DNA of 64,000 bases from a virus: positions 14,991-78,990 of IMG/VR virus record IMGVR_UViG_3300043434_000266, one strand, 5' to 3'. Positions within the stretch are counted from its first letter, which is position 1. Each line of letters starts with the position of its first letter. Below the pieces are notes generated by a model. The model made no database searches, was not told the origin of the DNA, and saw nothing but the letters and a program-made list of their open reading frames with translations. The position numbers and the translations under genes were made by a program. Of the stretch, positions 38,735 through 48,545 are shown in pieces.

Positions 38735-39711
38735 TTACTTATTGCTTCTTTTAATAATGGATATAATACTTCTCTTGTCTTAACTAAACCGTGGTCTCTA
38801 ACAGAATCAGATAGATCCTTACTAAGTGGTAGGACAACACTAGCGATACCATAAGTTGATTCATATTTACTCATAGCTTTTCTACCGGCGTCGTCATTGT
38901 CAAACAAAGTAATGATATTCTTATACTTGCTTTTATATATGCTAATCGCACCTTGTGGGATAACAGTATTCTCACTATCTGGTGCTACGAATTCCGCATT
39001 GAATCCGAACTTAGATAGTGACATAAGATCCTTGAGTGAACTGCATATGATGAGATTTGGTTTCTCAAACTTTAGTTGATCTGTACCTTGAATATAATTC
39101 TTAACTTTTAGAAACTTATGATCAGGATTCATCGGTTGATACATCTTGTAAATACTACCGTCTAGTCTTGTATATGCGTACAAATAGGGACCAGTAATAG
39201 ACAAGTGTTTAACCGCATCTTCATCCTGCTTCTCCATAGAATAATCACCAACAGGAAATACATTGTATCTCTCTAGTGTTTCCGAATCAATATCAAATTG
39301 AGTCCAAAAACTTGCATCACCTTTAGTCCAGGAGCGCTTAGAGAAATCTACAATCTTGTACTTCGCCATTTTCTTAAACGTACGCATGTCGTCAGTTGTA
39401 CCAGTGTGTAGAAACTCACGGTAATCTTTTATAACCTTATTGACAGCTTCCGGGAATGTTACACCATATAGATCCATTACTAGATTGATTGGTGAACCGC
39501 CTCTACCAGATGAGAAATCTTTAAACAGATACTTCTCTTCTTTACGATAGATACAGAAACTTGCAGTACGTTCTGTAGGATTAAATACAGATTTAATTTT
39601 TACATCTTGACCGATTAATTTTTCGTTTAGATTACAATAATGCTCAAACATCCAGTAATCCGGAACATCATCATAACTAGACACTAGAACTTTAGAACTT
39701 ATCATAAACAT
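38731..39711 (-). CDS. DNA primase (TOPRIM), crAss-like
   Basis: SVFNPTERTASF..FKDFSSGRGG; SSLKD; LFDNDDAG; KDLSD. Confidence 0.8.
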   Translation of the reverse strand: MFMISSKVLVSSYDDVPDYWMFEHYCNLNEKLIGQDVKIKSVFNPTERTASFCIYRKEEKYLFKDFSSGRGGSPINLVMDLYGVTFPEAVNKVIKDYREFLHTGTTDDMRTFKKMAKYKIVDFSKRSWTKGDASFWTQFDIDSETLERYNVFPVGDYSMEKQDEDAVKHLSITGPYLYAYTRLDGSIYKMYQPMNPDHKFLKVKNYIQGTDQLKFEKPNLIICSSLKDLMSLSKFGFNAEFVAPDSENTVIPQGAISIYKSKYKNIITLFDNDDAGRKAMSKYESTYGIASVVLPLSKDLSDSVRDHGLVKTREVLYPLLKEAISK

Positions 39712-39714
39712 AGA

Positions 39715-39749
39715 GATAAAAAAGGGGGAGCAATACTCCCCCTCTTATC
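39715..39749 (-). terminator. Rho-independent terminator-like hairpin
   Basis: GGGGGAG-TATTG-CTCCCCC followed by a T tract on the - strand. Confidence 0.7.
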
Positions 39750-39761
39750 GTTAAACTTAGA

Positions 39762-40445
39762 TTACAATTCGAAATCAGAACCTACTGAAGACGATGTAGT
39801 AACGGTACCGCTACCAAACGACTCAACATTTTCTACTTTCTTCTTCTTGATGTGAAGATCAGATTCAAACTTGATCAATTTAGAGTCAGCTACATTAGCA
39901 TTCTCCATATTGTATGCACCGCGTTGGTTTCTAACTAGGAACATGTCATAGTTTGTATAACCTTCCTTGTTAAGATACTCTTTACCACCTACACACATTC
40001 TAACAAACACATCTTTGAAAGGTGCGTCATTGTTAAATGCTGTAACATAGTCTTCGATAGTTTCATGCTTGCTGTCATTCTCATCCATCCAGTTGAGTTT
40101 GTCTACAACACGACAGATGTTCTGTAATGCTTTCAATATATCCATATCACGAGACACAGAGATACCTGTCTTAGTAGTTCCGTCTTTGTAAGCATATTCA
40201 GAAGTCTTCACTTTACCTACTTGACCTTCGTAACGTCCTTTTTCAGGATTGTTCTTATCAATATAGAAACCTTCGAATCCTTCAATAGGACGAGTTTCTA
40301 CGTTCATTACCAAGTTGTAAGCGTTCTTGTCATAGACAGGTGCTTCCAATGTGATACTGTTGATTTTAACTTCTGTGTTACCAGGACCGATAACTTTTGG
40401 TAAAGATGTACCTTCTGAGCTTTTTAAATCTTTTGTGCTAATCAT
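39762..40445 (-). CDS. Probable single-stranded DNA-binding protein
   Basis: Between AAA_24 and primase; biased codons; flexible tail ending DFEL. Confidence 0.45.
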   Translation of the reverse strand: MISTKDLKSSEGTSLPKVIGPGNTEVKINSITLEAPVYDKNAYNLVMNVETRPIEGFEGFYIDKNNPEKGRYEGQVGKVKTSEYAYKDGTTKTGISVSRDMDILKALQNICRVVDKLNWMDENDSKHETIEDYVTAFNNDAPFKDVFVRMCVGGKEYLNKEGYTNYDMFLVRNQRGAYNMENANVADSKLIKFESDLHIKKKKVENVESFGSGTVTTSSSVGSDFEL

Positions 40446-40456
40446 TTTTCTTAATT

Positions 40457-41200
40457 TTAATCAATGTAAATTTCATTCCAGTTAACTACGATCGTTCCGT
40501 CTTCTTGCATTTCAGACAGAACTATTTCTTTGTTGCTTAAGTGTGCAGGTCTTGCTCCACATGCTACTTCATCTGAGGTCTTAAAACTAATAATGTTTTT
40601 CTTACCTTTTCTGTACAAGTAACCTATAGAGTCAGAGTTAGACGCTGTGATTCTCTTTAACTTACCAGTTAAATCTAGATCTAGCGAGTTGAATTCTGAA
40701 CCATTCTTCTCAAGCATTGTGTCTTTTACGTGACCCACTAGAATAGTTCTAGGTGCCCAGGTTTGAATATAATTCACAACCTTCGTAAATGCTTCCCTTA
40801 GATATGGATAACCAGCACCATTAGGTAGACTAAGAATACTACTATACTTAGGTTTACCTTCTGTTAACCAGTTCTTACCCATAGGGGTTTTCATATACAA
40901 CTCTTCAGCATACGGAATACACATCTCTTCTAATGCAGTGATGGTATCGACAGCAACGTATTTATAAGGATTACCGGCATCCTTAATAGCTTTTCCGATA
41001 TGCTTAATTTCTTCTACACTACTAGCTTCTATCTTCATAGCATCTACATACTTTGAACCTTTCTCAAGGTCAAGTATTAAACAGTTGTCTAATTGAGATA
41101 GTAAGGTAGTCTTACCGGTTTTGGGTTTTGAAAAAATAATCAGGTTCTTTGGACTCGTGTGTTCCGCAGCAACCTTCGCTGTTGGTAATATAATCTCCAT
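40457..41200 (-). CDS. AAA_24/Sak4-like ATPase
   Basis: SKPKTGKTT, ILDLEKG, VAVDTIT, ILVGH. Confidence 0.85.
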   Translation of the reverse strand: MEIILPTAKVAAEHTSPKNLIIFSKPKTGKTTLLSQLDNCLILDLEKGSKYVDAMKIEASSVEEIKHIGKAIKDAGNPYKYVAVDTITALEEMCIPYAEELYMKTPMGKNWLTEGKPKYSSILSLPNGAGYPYLREAFTKVVNYIQTWAPRTILVGHVKDTMLEKNGSEFNSLDLDLTGKLKRITASNSDSIGYLYRKGKKNIISFKTSDEVACGARPAHLSNKEIVLSEMQEDGTIVVNWNEIYID

Positions 41201-41214
41201 TGTTTTGATATTTG

Positions 41215-41751
41215 TTACTTAACTAAGTCGTTCAACCACTTCTTGTTGCTGATTGGTTTCTTCAACAAAATCGCAGCTAAATCTTTGATTGTCATTTCAG
41301 ACATAGGAGCATCATCTTGCAACAAGTTTGAGAAATCATCAAACTCTGTTACCTTCAAGTTCGCCGCAGCATTAAACTTTGCTGGAGCTGTAACTTTTAC
41401 AAGTTCACTAACAGGAATCAAGTAACGCATCTTAGGATCATCAGAAGGAGTTGTAGTATCATACTCTTCTTCCCAATGGGGATTAAAATATAATCTCCAC
41501 AATGTTCTGTTTGCATCTTGTGGTTCTGTATCACCTGCTACAAACTCTGTATACACGTCAGTCCCTTTTCTCAATTCACTAGGAAACAAACTAATATGCA
41601 ACTCGTCTTTACCTTTAGGTCGATACGCAATCTTTGGATAGAAATACGCGTCAGGAATTCCTAAGGCATTGAATGTTTCTTGGTGATACTCTCTTAGTTC
41701 AGCAACTTTTGTTTTGTAATCTTTTTCTTTTTCTTTCAAACTTAAACTCAT
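41215..41751 (-). CDS. Hypothetical protein
   Basis: ATGA-coupled to the helicase. Confidence 0.7.
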   Translation of the reverse strand: MSLSLKEKEKDYKTKVAELREYHQETFNALGIPDAYFYPKIAYRPKGKDELHISLFPSELRKGTDVYTEFVAGDTEPQDANRTLWRLYFNPHWEEEYDTTTPSDDPKMRYLIPVSELVKVTAPAKFNAAANLKVTEFDDFSNLLQDDAPMSEMTIKDLAAILLKKPISNKKWLNDLVK

Positions 41752-42737
41752 ATTCTTAATCTTTTTTCTTGTTGAGGTGGTGTCTGCATTTCTGAAATAC
41801 GCATGCGTTCAAACTCTGCTTTGAAAAAGCTCATTCGATTATCACCATTACGACATTTCAAGAAGTGCAATACAAGCACCCTGTCATTTTCGATCATATA
41901 CCTATCAGGACCATAGAACCTAATCTTTTGTTTAGCAGGTCTATTGATACCAATAAGTGTATCAGCGTGTTGAAGCAGAGCATCTGAACCGAAGATATCA
42001 GACTCTAGTATGTAATTACCATACTTACCGTCTTCATTCCTCTCAGGATTGTCAATACCCCGGTTAAGCTGTGTAAGAATAATAAACGCGATTGGGAATC
42101 TACGTTTAAGTTCTGTGATAGCTTCACCTAGATTATATAAGGTATCAAACTTATCCTTCTCAAATGGTGCTTTCTTTAACAGCAAAGAGTGATCGAGAGT
42201 CACTATTGTTTTCGTAAATTCAAACTTACCTTCGTCATCCTTAGTCGCGTGGGTATTCATATAATCCACAATTACTTCTTTAAGTTCGTTGACGGTGATA
42301 GGTTCCTCTACTATATCAATAGGGATCTTTACTCTCTCTTTAGCATGTTCGTAACATACACTAAGATCTTCATTCGATAACTGACCATCTGCACTACATA
42401 GGTATTTATAAGATTTACCAAGTACACTAGAGAATTCTCTGATCGCAGACGTACGAGCGAGCATCTCGAACTGAAACTCCAAAACACGAAATTGTTCGTC
42501 AGGGTTCAATACAAATGCTTCTCTTACAATCTGATCTTTAATCAAAGTTTTCCCGCTACCTGGTCTACCACCTATAACAGTCATCGAGTGCCATTCGAGA
42601 CCATCAGTAGTAGCATCATTAAACTTTTCCCACGGAGTCTTCAAGCTACGAATTTCACCATCCATTCTACCTTTTAGGTAAACTAATGAGTCAAGGAAAC
42701 CTTGCTTCTGGTCTTTCCAAAGCTTTTTTTTCTCCAT
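41748..42737 (-). CDS. dnaB: DnaB-like replicative helicase (ATPase domain only)
   Basis: GGRPGSGKT, FQFEM, LDH, LTQLNR, SDIFGSDAL, KCRNG. Confidence 0.88.
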   Translation of the reverse strand: MEKKKLWKDQKQGFLDSLVYLKGRMDGEIRSLKTPWEKFNDATTDGLEWHSMTVIGGRPGSGKTLIKDQIVREAFVLNPDEQFRVLEFQFEMLARTSAIREFSSVLGKSYKYLCSADGQLSNEDLSVCYEHAKERVKIPIDIVEEPITVNELKEVIVDYMNTHATKDDEGKFEFTKTIVTLDHSLLLKKAPFEKDKFDTLYNLGEAITELKRRFPIAFIILTQLNRGIDNPERNEDGKYGNYILESDIFGSDALLQHADTLIGINRPAKQKIRFYGPDRYMIENDRVLVLHFLKCRNGDNRMSFFKAEFERMRISEMQTPPQQEKRLRI

Positions 42738-42748
42738 TATAGTACTGA

Positions 42749-42943
42749 TTATCGTTGTTGAACGCTGATCCAGCGATGTACAAATTTATAAAATGTGTGT
42801 GATAAAACCAAGAGAAGCTCAATAATTAAGTACTCCAAGATATTAACATTCACAATGAAAGTATCTATGATAAAATAACACAATATCGACAATATTATCG
42901 ACATACCTATCTTTAATAGGATTTTCTCTGTTTCTAAACTCAT
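42749..42943 (-). CDS. Small two-TM membrane protein
   Basis: Two hydrophobic stretches; coupled start. Confidence 0.6.
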   Translation of the reverse strand: MSLETEKILLKIGMSIILSILCYFIIDTFIVNVNILEYLIIELLLVLSHTFYKFVHRWISVQQR

Positions 42944-43500
42944 ACTACTCTTTCTGAGAAGTGAGCGTTGTCAGTTAGATCATCACCACCTAGAACAATA
43001 TCACAACAATTAGCAAGTTCAGAATCCCATGTCTTATCTGTATTTTGTTTACGGATAAAATACTGGGAGTTCCTCATATACTTATAGTTATCTTTCTCAT
43101 AGGTATCTACATAATAAGATGTAGCTTTGAGAACTATTGTCCATTCGTAGTCATAGTTCTTAAAGAACCAACTAAACGCTTCTTCAATGTTTCTTTTGTT
43201 TACTCTGGCAGGTTTACCACTTGGTAACTTACCTTTTGGAAATAACTCTAAATAATCATCTACATTATAGGTAGTAGTCTTTGCTTTTGCAGGTACACTT
43301 ACAAGTTTACCTAGAACATCCTGTCCTTTCTGTGTGATCTTAGAGTCTTTTAGATACCCATCTGTTGTTAAACAACGCATCTCTAATGCAGTATTGATAT
43401 GTTTAGGTACTCTTTTCATAGAGATGCACCATAGCATATAATACTGATTTGGAGTTATACCTTTGATTTCAATATGGTCAAATAGTTCTTGCATAATCAA
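42940..43500 (-). CDS. Possible replication initiator/helicase partner
   Basis: wHTH-like N-terminus; YLELFP and YMRNSQYFI; upstream of dnaB. Confidence 0.4.
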   Translation of the reverse strand: MIMQELFDHIEIKGITPNQYYMLWCISMKRVPKHINTALEMRCLTTDGYLKDSKITQKGQDVLGKLVSVPAKAKTTTYNVDDYLELFPKGKLPSGKPARVNKRNIEEAFSWFFKNYDYEWTIVLKATSYYVDTYEKDNYKYMRNSQYFIRKQNTDKTWDSELANCCDIVLGGDDLTDNAHFSERVV

Positions 43501-43505
43501 CGAAT

Positions 43506-43988
43506 TTAATCAAGATATTGTAATACCTCACCACCTGGATGATCTTTGAGACGTGTTGTAAACTGCTTTAATGTTTTAATATAATCAGCTGTATTGTAAG
43601 TTAAAGCATCTAACACAGTCTTTTTAGCTGCAATCACAGTTGTTCTATCTCTGTTAATAACATAAGCAACAGCACTATCTGTATAACCCATCTCACCTGC
43701 TATGTAACATAGTAGTTGACGGGGTACAACGAGAGGTCTCTTTCTAGAAAACTTCTGATCTGTCATAAGACATGTAGGTGAAATCTCTAAAGCAATCTCT
43801 ACAAGAGTTGATAGAGGTACCTTAAATTCTCTAAACACATTCACATACGAGATGTTTAGCTTTTTTAGTTTTTCCTCTAGTGCTCTTTCCACATTTGCTT
43901 GAAATGTTTGGAACACTAACTTCAACTGCTGGTTCATTATTATCAGAGCTTGGTTCAAATCCTCCGCTCTCTTCTGGTTCTCTGTCAT
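43506..43988 (-). CDS. Protein with a DnaA C-terminal (domain IV) HTH
   Basis: SRKRPLVVPRQLLCYI..AVAYVINRDRTTVI matches the DnaA-C signature R.R....RQ..MY...RDHTTV. Confidence 0.75.
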   Translation of the reverse strand: MTENQKRAEDLNQALIIMNQQLKLVFQTFQANVERALEEKLKKLNISYVNVFREFKVPLSTLVEIALEISPTCLMTDQKFSRKRPLVVPRQLLCYIAGEMGYTDSAVAYVINRDRTTVIAAKKTVLDALTYNTADYIKTLKQFTTRLKDHPGGEVLQYLD

Positions 43989-44214
43989 ATAATCTTGTGT
44001 GTTTAGTTTCTAAAGCAAAGTGATTTACTGATTTCATCCGCCTGTATACAGTATCAACCATATCAGTTATACCAGTCATCTTGATATCAGCATCAGATAA
44101 AGCATCGTGTAGACACTTACTCTTGAATATACCCATATGACTTTTAACTGAAAATACAACTTCACCATACTGTGTAAGTTCACTTGATACAGTTATTGTT
44201 ACTTTTTCTACCAT
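43831..44214 (-). CDS. Hypothetical protein (3' part overlaps the next gene)
   Basis: Start overlaps the ung stop. Confidence 0.5.
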   Translation of the reverse strand: MVEKVTITVSSELTQYGEVVFSVKSHMGIFKSKCLHDALSDADIKMTGITDMVDTVYRRMKSVNHFALETKHTRLYDREPEESGGFEPSSDNNEPAVEVSVPNISSKCGKSTRGKTKKAKHLVCECV

Positions 44215-44921
44215 TTAATTTCTGTTTTACCTTGTAATTTTAAACATTCATTTACTCTGTTCCATACATTATCACAATCCCATTTAGACTGCTTGTTGTA
44301 GGCAGCACTTGCAGGATGAGATATAAGTATCTTACAGTTACCTTCGGGTACTAACTTAGCAAACTCTTGTGCTTGCTTACCCATAAACACATATACAAGT
44401 TCATTAGATTTATTCCATACTAATGAATCTATAACAGATGCAGTGAATGGTTTCCATAGCATTTGATGTGACCCTGGTTTACCAATAGTAGTAGTTAATG
44501 CTGTATTGAGCAATAATACACCTTGATGAGACCATCTCTTCAAATCACAATCTTCCGTATTAATATTAGAATCATACGTATCTTTTAAAGAACCGAATAT
44601 ATACCTAAGAGATGCTTCAGGACGTTGTGTTTTACTACATGAAAACGCAATACCATCTGCAACATCTTGCTGCGGATAAGGATCCTGTCCAATTATAACA
44701 ACTTTTACATCGTTAAATGGACATTCTACAAACGCATTGAATAGATCTTTTATCTTAGGTGTGAATCTTTTGTTATCCATAGCATCGGATAAAAGAGTAT
44801 TTAATAGATTATCCATACTGGGAGTATCTAAATAACCTTCTAGATATATATTCCATTTTGATGGACGTAACTTGTCAATCAATTTGTCTTTTACTTCTTG
44901 TAAGTTTACACTTTCTAGCAT
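44208..44921 (-). CDS. ung: Uracil-DNA glycosylase family 1
   Basis: GQDPY, GIAFS, QGVLLLNTALT, SHPAS; start moved to Met19. Confidence 0.93.
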   Translation of the reverse strand: MLESVNLQEVKDKLIDKLRPSKWNIYLEGYLDTPSMDNLLNTLLSDAMDNKRFTPKIKDLFNAFVECPFNDVKVVIIGQDPYPQQDVADGIAFSCSKTQRPEASLRYIFGSLKDTYDSNINTEDCDLKRWSHQGVLLLNTALTTTIGKPGSHQMLWKPFTASVIDSLVWNKSNELVYVFMGKQAQEFAKLVPEGNCKILISHPASAAYNKQSKWDCDNVWNRVNECLKLQGKTEIKW

Positions 44922-44928
44922 AAGTTTG
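44921..44928 (+). promoter_or_regulatory. Bacteroidota -7 box (TAAGTTTG) for the counter-oriented gene
   Basis: TAnnTTTG 16 nt before ATG 44945. Confidence 0.55.
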
Positions 44929-44944
44929 TATAAAATAATTAATA

Positions 44945-45274
44945 ATGAGCGACTCAAATACATTAAACGACCCAATAAGAGAAGTTGAAGTTCTAGATGA
45001 AAACGCTGTGTTCAAAGTAGAACTTACAGCACACTACTACTTTCGCTTGAATCAATTCTTGTTTGAAGCATTCCCTGTAAAAGATTCTCAAGAGTTTTTG
45101 GAACTACTAGAGAAAGTTAAAAAGGATGAAGAAGAATCTGATAGGAAAGTATATCATCTAAAAACTTTGATTTCTTTGATGACTGTACTTGAAGATTCTG
45201 CTAGAGAGCAAGGTTTCATGAAAAAGGTAAAACTTAACATTGAAACAGGAGAAAAGATAGAAAACCCTCAATAA
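44945..45274 (+). CDS. Hypothetical protein, counter-oriented
   Basis: 109 aa; exactly fills the gap between two - strand genes; has its own promoter box. Confidence 0.7.
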   Translation: MSDSNTLNDPIREVEVLDENAVFKVELTAHYYFRLNQFLFEAFPVKDSQEFLELLEKVKKDEEESDRKVYHLKTLISLMTVLEDSAREQGFMKKVKLNIETGEKIENPQ

Positions 45275-45648
45275 AGAGGGAATCCTATCTTGTCACCTAT
45301 CGCTATACATGCTTGAATAGCGCTACTCACTTCTTCTTTACTACAATCTGCGAAAGACACGATGCTGTCACCTTTAACAAGACCAGCTTCGTTCTTTACG
45401 TAGAGTTTCATGTCATCCATTGACATACCTGCATAATCTGCAAGTTCTCTAATACACTTATGAAGCTTACTTATCTGCGCATAAGACGCGTCATCAGTAA
45501 CTACTTCATATGTAACCTGGACTTTCTGTCCTTCTTCTAACTGTTTTACAAATAGATCAAGTTGAACTTTACTTAGCTGATTTGCTATTATCAGTTCCTT
45601 GTTCTCCTTTTTGAATCTTACGCTTACGGGTAACAGGTTTGCCGCCAT
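45268..45648 (-). CDS. Hypothetical protein, NinB/YbcN-like
   Basis: ASYAQISKLHKCIRELADYAGMSMDDMK..SFADCSKEEVSSAI. Confidence 0.45.
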   Translation of the reverse strand: MAANLLPVSVRFKKENKELIIANQLSKVQLDLFVKQLEEGQKVQVTYEVVTDDASYAQISKLHKCIRELADYAGMSMDDMKLYVKNEAGLVKGDSIVSFADCSKEEVSSAIQACIAIGDKIGFPLY

Positions 45649-45874
45649 ATGTTGTTCTTGTTTGACCTTTATCTTTACGTGGTTTTCTCTTAAACTTTGC
45701 TAACTCTTGTTGAAGTTCTGCTTTGTCAACATATGTTCTGACATACTTGTCCATCATCTCTTCATATGCATCTTCAAGTTCTTGAATAAGATCTTTAGCA
45801 TTCATTAGTTGACTAAAAGCATAAACTGCTGCAATACCTAGTACTACAGCAATACTTGTTAAAATAATAATCAT
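45569..45874 (-). CDS. Membrane-anchored coiled-coil protein with a basic tail
   Basis: N-terminal TM; RKPRKDKG motif. Confidence 0.6.
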   Translation of the reverse strand: MIIILTSIAVVLGIAAVYAFSQLMNAKDLIQELEDAYEEMMDKYVRTYVDKAELQQELAKFKRKPRKDKGQTRTTYGGKPVTRKRKIQKGEQGTDNSKSAK

Positions 45875-46200
45875 TGTTTTCCGTATTTGTTTTCTTTAAA
45901 TTGTTTAATTATTGCGGTAACTTCAGGTAAGTCCATCAAAGGAAGGGTGCTTACTTCATTACCAAATGTATCTATTGTCCTTACGAAGTCCGTCATATCA
46001 AGACCTGGTGTTTCCCAGAAAGCTTTGAATAAATGACCGTGTTCTTTAAGAACAGTATCAACAAACTGTTTCATAGTCATCTTAGTTTTGTGCCTATTAA
46101 ACCACTTGATACCCTCGGTATTATCACAAGCATGAATACATACTTCAAGATGCATCATCAGATGCACAATTCTTAGCTTATCTTCTTCAGACATTTCCAT
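45871..46200 (-). CDS. Hypothetical protein
   Basis: Tightly packed ORF in the operon. Confidence 0.65.
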   Translation of the reverse strand: MEMSEEDKLRIVHLMMHLEVCIHACDNTEGIKWFNRHKTKMTMKQFVDTVLKEHGHLFKAFWETPGLDMTDFVRTIDTFGNEVSTLPLMDLPEVTAIIKQFKENKYGKQ

Positions 46201-46201
46201 A

Positions 46202-46399
46202 TTAATCTTCTCTATCTTTAAATCTTTCTGTTATAAGTACATAGATCACAGCAATTGATATTACAATGATAATTGTAGGTAACCACCACCATAACGGTAG
46301 TGTAACTAACCACCATGACCAGTCAACAACATTACTAAGTTTCAAAGTTAAGAAGACTATGAATACAACTAATGAGATACTCATATTATTTTTTTCCAT
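46202..46399 (-). CDS. Small phage membrane protein (LKL..IDWSWW..L.PLW type)
   Basis: FLTLKLSNVVDWSWWLVTLPLWW. Confidence 0.7.
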   Translation of the reverse strand: MEKNNMSISLVVFIVFLTLKLSNVVDWSWWLVTLPLWWWLPTIIIVISIAVIYVLITERFKDRED

Positions 46400-46637
46400 A
46401 TTTTTTCACAAATTTATGCATCTGATACCACTCATTAAATGTTTTTGTCTCATGACCTGCTTCACCATGTACACCTTCTACATATCCACCATTCCATGCT
46501 GACTGCAGATCAGTCTTATCAAAACAGATTTGATCCCGGAGAATATTATTCTCAGAGTGTACCATAGCCATTCTAACACTCATAAATACTATTACTAAAC
46601 ATAGTGCTAGTATTAATAACAAATAAACTAATGTCAT
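46386..46637 (-). CDS. Membrane-anchored hypothetical protein
   Basis: N-terminal TM; start moved to Met10. Confidence 0.6.
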   Translation of the reverse strand: MTLVYLLLILALCLVIVFMSVRMAMVHSENNILRDQICFDKTDLQSAWNGGYVEGVHGEAGHETKTFNEWYQMHKFVKKYGKK

Positions 46638-46648
46638 AATTTTAATTT

Positions 46649-46951
46649 TTATTGATATTGACATATATTATAAAACACTTGACCCTCTACTCTACGTACA
46701 TAATCAATAAGCAGATAGAGATGTTCTATCTCATCATAACCAAGACGTTTCTTCTCAGCATGCTTATACTTAAACTTATACCCATTACCATCATTAATCA
46801 TAGTAATAAGTAATTCACCTTTAGAATCTTCACTCCATGTGTCATTCATACTACGGTATAGTTGATACATAGTACCATCATCAGTGTCTGTTTCTGTAAT
46901 GATGTACTCAACACTCTGTTCCAGTGTGTCTATTACATAATAGTTTTTCAT
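46649..46951 (-). CDS. Hypothetical protein
   Basis: ATGA-coupled ORF. Confidence 0.65.
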   Translation of the reverse strand: MKNYYVIDTLEQSVEYIITETDTDDGTMYQLYRSMNDTWSEDSKGELLITMINDGNGYKFKYKHAEKKRLGYDEIEHLYLLIDYVRRVEGQVFYNICQYQ

Positions 46952-47160
46952 TTCTCTTCTCCTTTTACTATGTTATTAAGTTGATTCCAAATACCTTGAG
47001 CATTCTCTCCCCAGTAATATGTACAGGTAAATTTGTTACCTTCTAATTTTCCGGGTATATCCATGAAGTAAGATTGATACTCATCAGGTTCTGATGTAAA
47101 CCTATGACACTTTTCTTTTACAGGACAGTCAGTCCCTTTACACATTGTAATATCTGGCAT
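46948..47160 (-). CDS. Small Cys-rich phage protein
   Basis: MPDITMCKGTDCPVKEKCHRF..C. Confidence 0.7.
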   Translation of the reverse strand: MPDITMCKGTDCPVKEKCHRFTSEPDEYQSYFMDIPGKLEGNKFTCTYYWGENAQGIWNQLNNIVKGEEK

Positions 47161-47162
47161 GA

Positions 47163-47783
47163 CTATAATTTAAAAGCATTAATAGTGTGTTCAAAAGGAT
47201 TACCTTCTAGGTTCTTAACTATGTCTAGCATCTGTTGTGCTAACTCTCTAACTTCAACTTGAGCATGCTCACTGTTGCGTAGTTGTTGAAAGTGTGCAAA
47301 ACTTCTCCAGTTAAACATAACATCCATAGTAATCTGAGAGTTAAAAGTTTTAAAGAACCTTGCAGATTCTTTAGCACGCTTACGTCCTAATGTAGGAGTC
47401 ATAACATCTAAAGCTTTATGATATAAACGATTAGACATTCTAGTAAACTCTTCTAAAGTATGTTTCCATTCAGTATCCCAATCTTCAGGAATATAAGTCT
47501 TGTCTTCCTTCAACTCTTTATATCTAGCTGACTCACCATTTATACTAACTCCAATACGGTGTTTTAATAAATGAATGTGTGTAGCTTGATCTACAGTTAC
47601 TAAGAAGTGTAGACTACTCTTCTCAAAAGGAGTATGATGTCCTTCTGATGCAAGCATGTCTAATAACTTAGGTATTCTATTTACTTTTTCTTCTGTCAAG
47701 TCTCTACTTGTACTTGTCCAAGCTGAACTTGCGTGTATGGTATCATCACCATAAAATCCTAATAAGTCTACTGTGTTCTTCAT
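47163..47783 (-). CDS. thyX: Flavin-dependent thymidylate synthase
   Basis: HHTPFE, HLLKHR..SINGESARY, KESAR, NWRSF..LR..HAQ.EVR. Confidence 0.93.
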   Translation of the reverse strand: MKNTVDLLGFYGDDTIHASSAWTSTSRDLTEEKVNRIPKLLDMLASEGHHTPFEKSSLHFLVTVDQATHIHLLKHRIGVSINGESARYKELKEDKTYIPEDWDTEWKHTLEEFTRMSNRLYHKALDVMTPTLGRKRAKESARFFKTFNSQITMDVMFNWRSFAHFQQLRNSEHAQVEVRELAQQMLDIVKNLEGNPFEHTINAFKL

Positions 47784-48061
47784 TTATACTTTCTTATTAT
47801 TTCAAATGTTCTTTTAATAGCTGACCAATCAAGACAGGGTTCCTCACCATTCCTAACAGGATACCAAGCAAAGTTATATCCGTGGTTAGCGTTATAGTCT
47901 TCCCGACTTACTTTGTTACCATTAACTTTGTCTATATATATCCAAGGAACATTACCAAAGAGTTCTAGTTCTATACCTATCTTCTTTAGTCTATTCCGGA
48001 ATACTTCTATCTCATTCATTGTTACCTCCTTTTGCGCCCATATTTTATCTTTTGCGCTCAT
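47780..48061 (-). CDS. Hypothetical protein
   Basis: GNVPWIYIDKVNG; coupled to thyX. Confidence 0.65.
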   Translation of the reverse strand: MSAKDKIWAQKEVTMNEIEVFRNRLKKIGIELELFGNVPWIYIDKVNGNKVSREDYNANHGYNFAWYPVRNGEEPCLDWSAIKRTFEIIRKYK

Positions 48062-48063
48062 TT

Positions 48064-48312
48064 TTAAGATCCTTTTATTTTATCTCTCATCCAAATAGCA
48101 CCAAGTTGAAAATTCTTTTGAACAATCCCAACACTACTGCTGCCATAACCTAATTTATTAGATTTGTCTTTTATCTCCTCATCAGTTGGTAGTTGGATAG
48201 GGGTTATTTTATCTAACTCCATCTTAAAAATAAATTTGTTGTGATTTTCTCCGGCTGAATACGCTGCTTTTGTCAATTCAATTACTTGTTCTTCTGTGTA
48301 TAGCTTACTCAT
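48064..48312 (-). CDS. Small modular hypothetical protein
   Basis: Start moved to MSKLYTEEQV; ends FQLGAIWMRDKI. Confidence 0.6.
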   Translation of the reverse strand: MSKLYTEEQVIELTKAAYSAGENHNKFIFKMELDKITPIQLPTDEEIKDKSNKLGYGSSSVGIVQKNFQLGAIWMRDKIKGS

Positions 48313-48544
48313 TGTTACCTCCAAATGTTTCGTTGTAGTATTGTTTAGCGTAGTCAATTGCTTCTTGCAGAGGAAAGCCATCAGAAGCAATAACATAACC
48401 ACGAGCAGATGATTTGATAATTTCTTTTTCGTGCATTGCTTTGGCTTGTTCAAAAATGACACCTATGGCAATTTGATTTCCTTGTGGTATGAGGTTTTCT
48501 AATTTCTCAACTACCCAATCAATACTACTTTGTTTCTTTTCCAT
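48305..48544 (-). CDS. Small modular hypothetical protein
   Basis: MEKKQSSIDW..EQAKAMHEKEI..AKQYYNETF. Confidence 0.65.
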   Translation of the reverse strand: MEKKQSSIDWVVEKLENLIPQGNQIAIGVIFEQAKAMHEKEIIKSSARGYVIASDGFPLQEAIDYAKQYYNETFGGNNE

Positions 48545-48545
48545 T

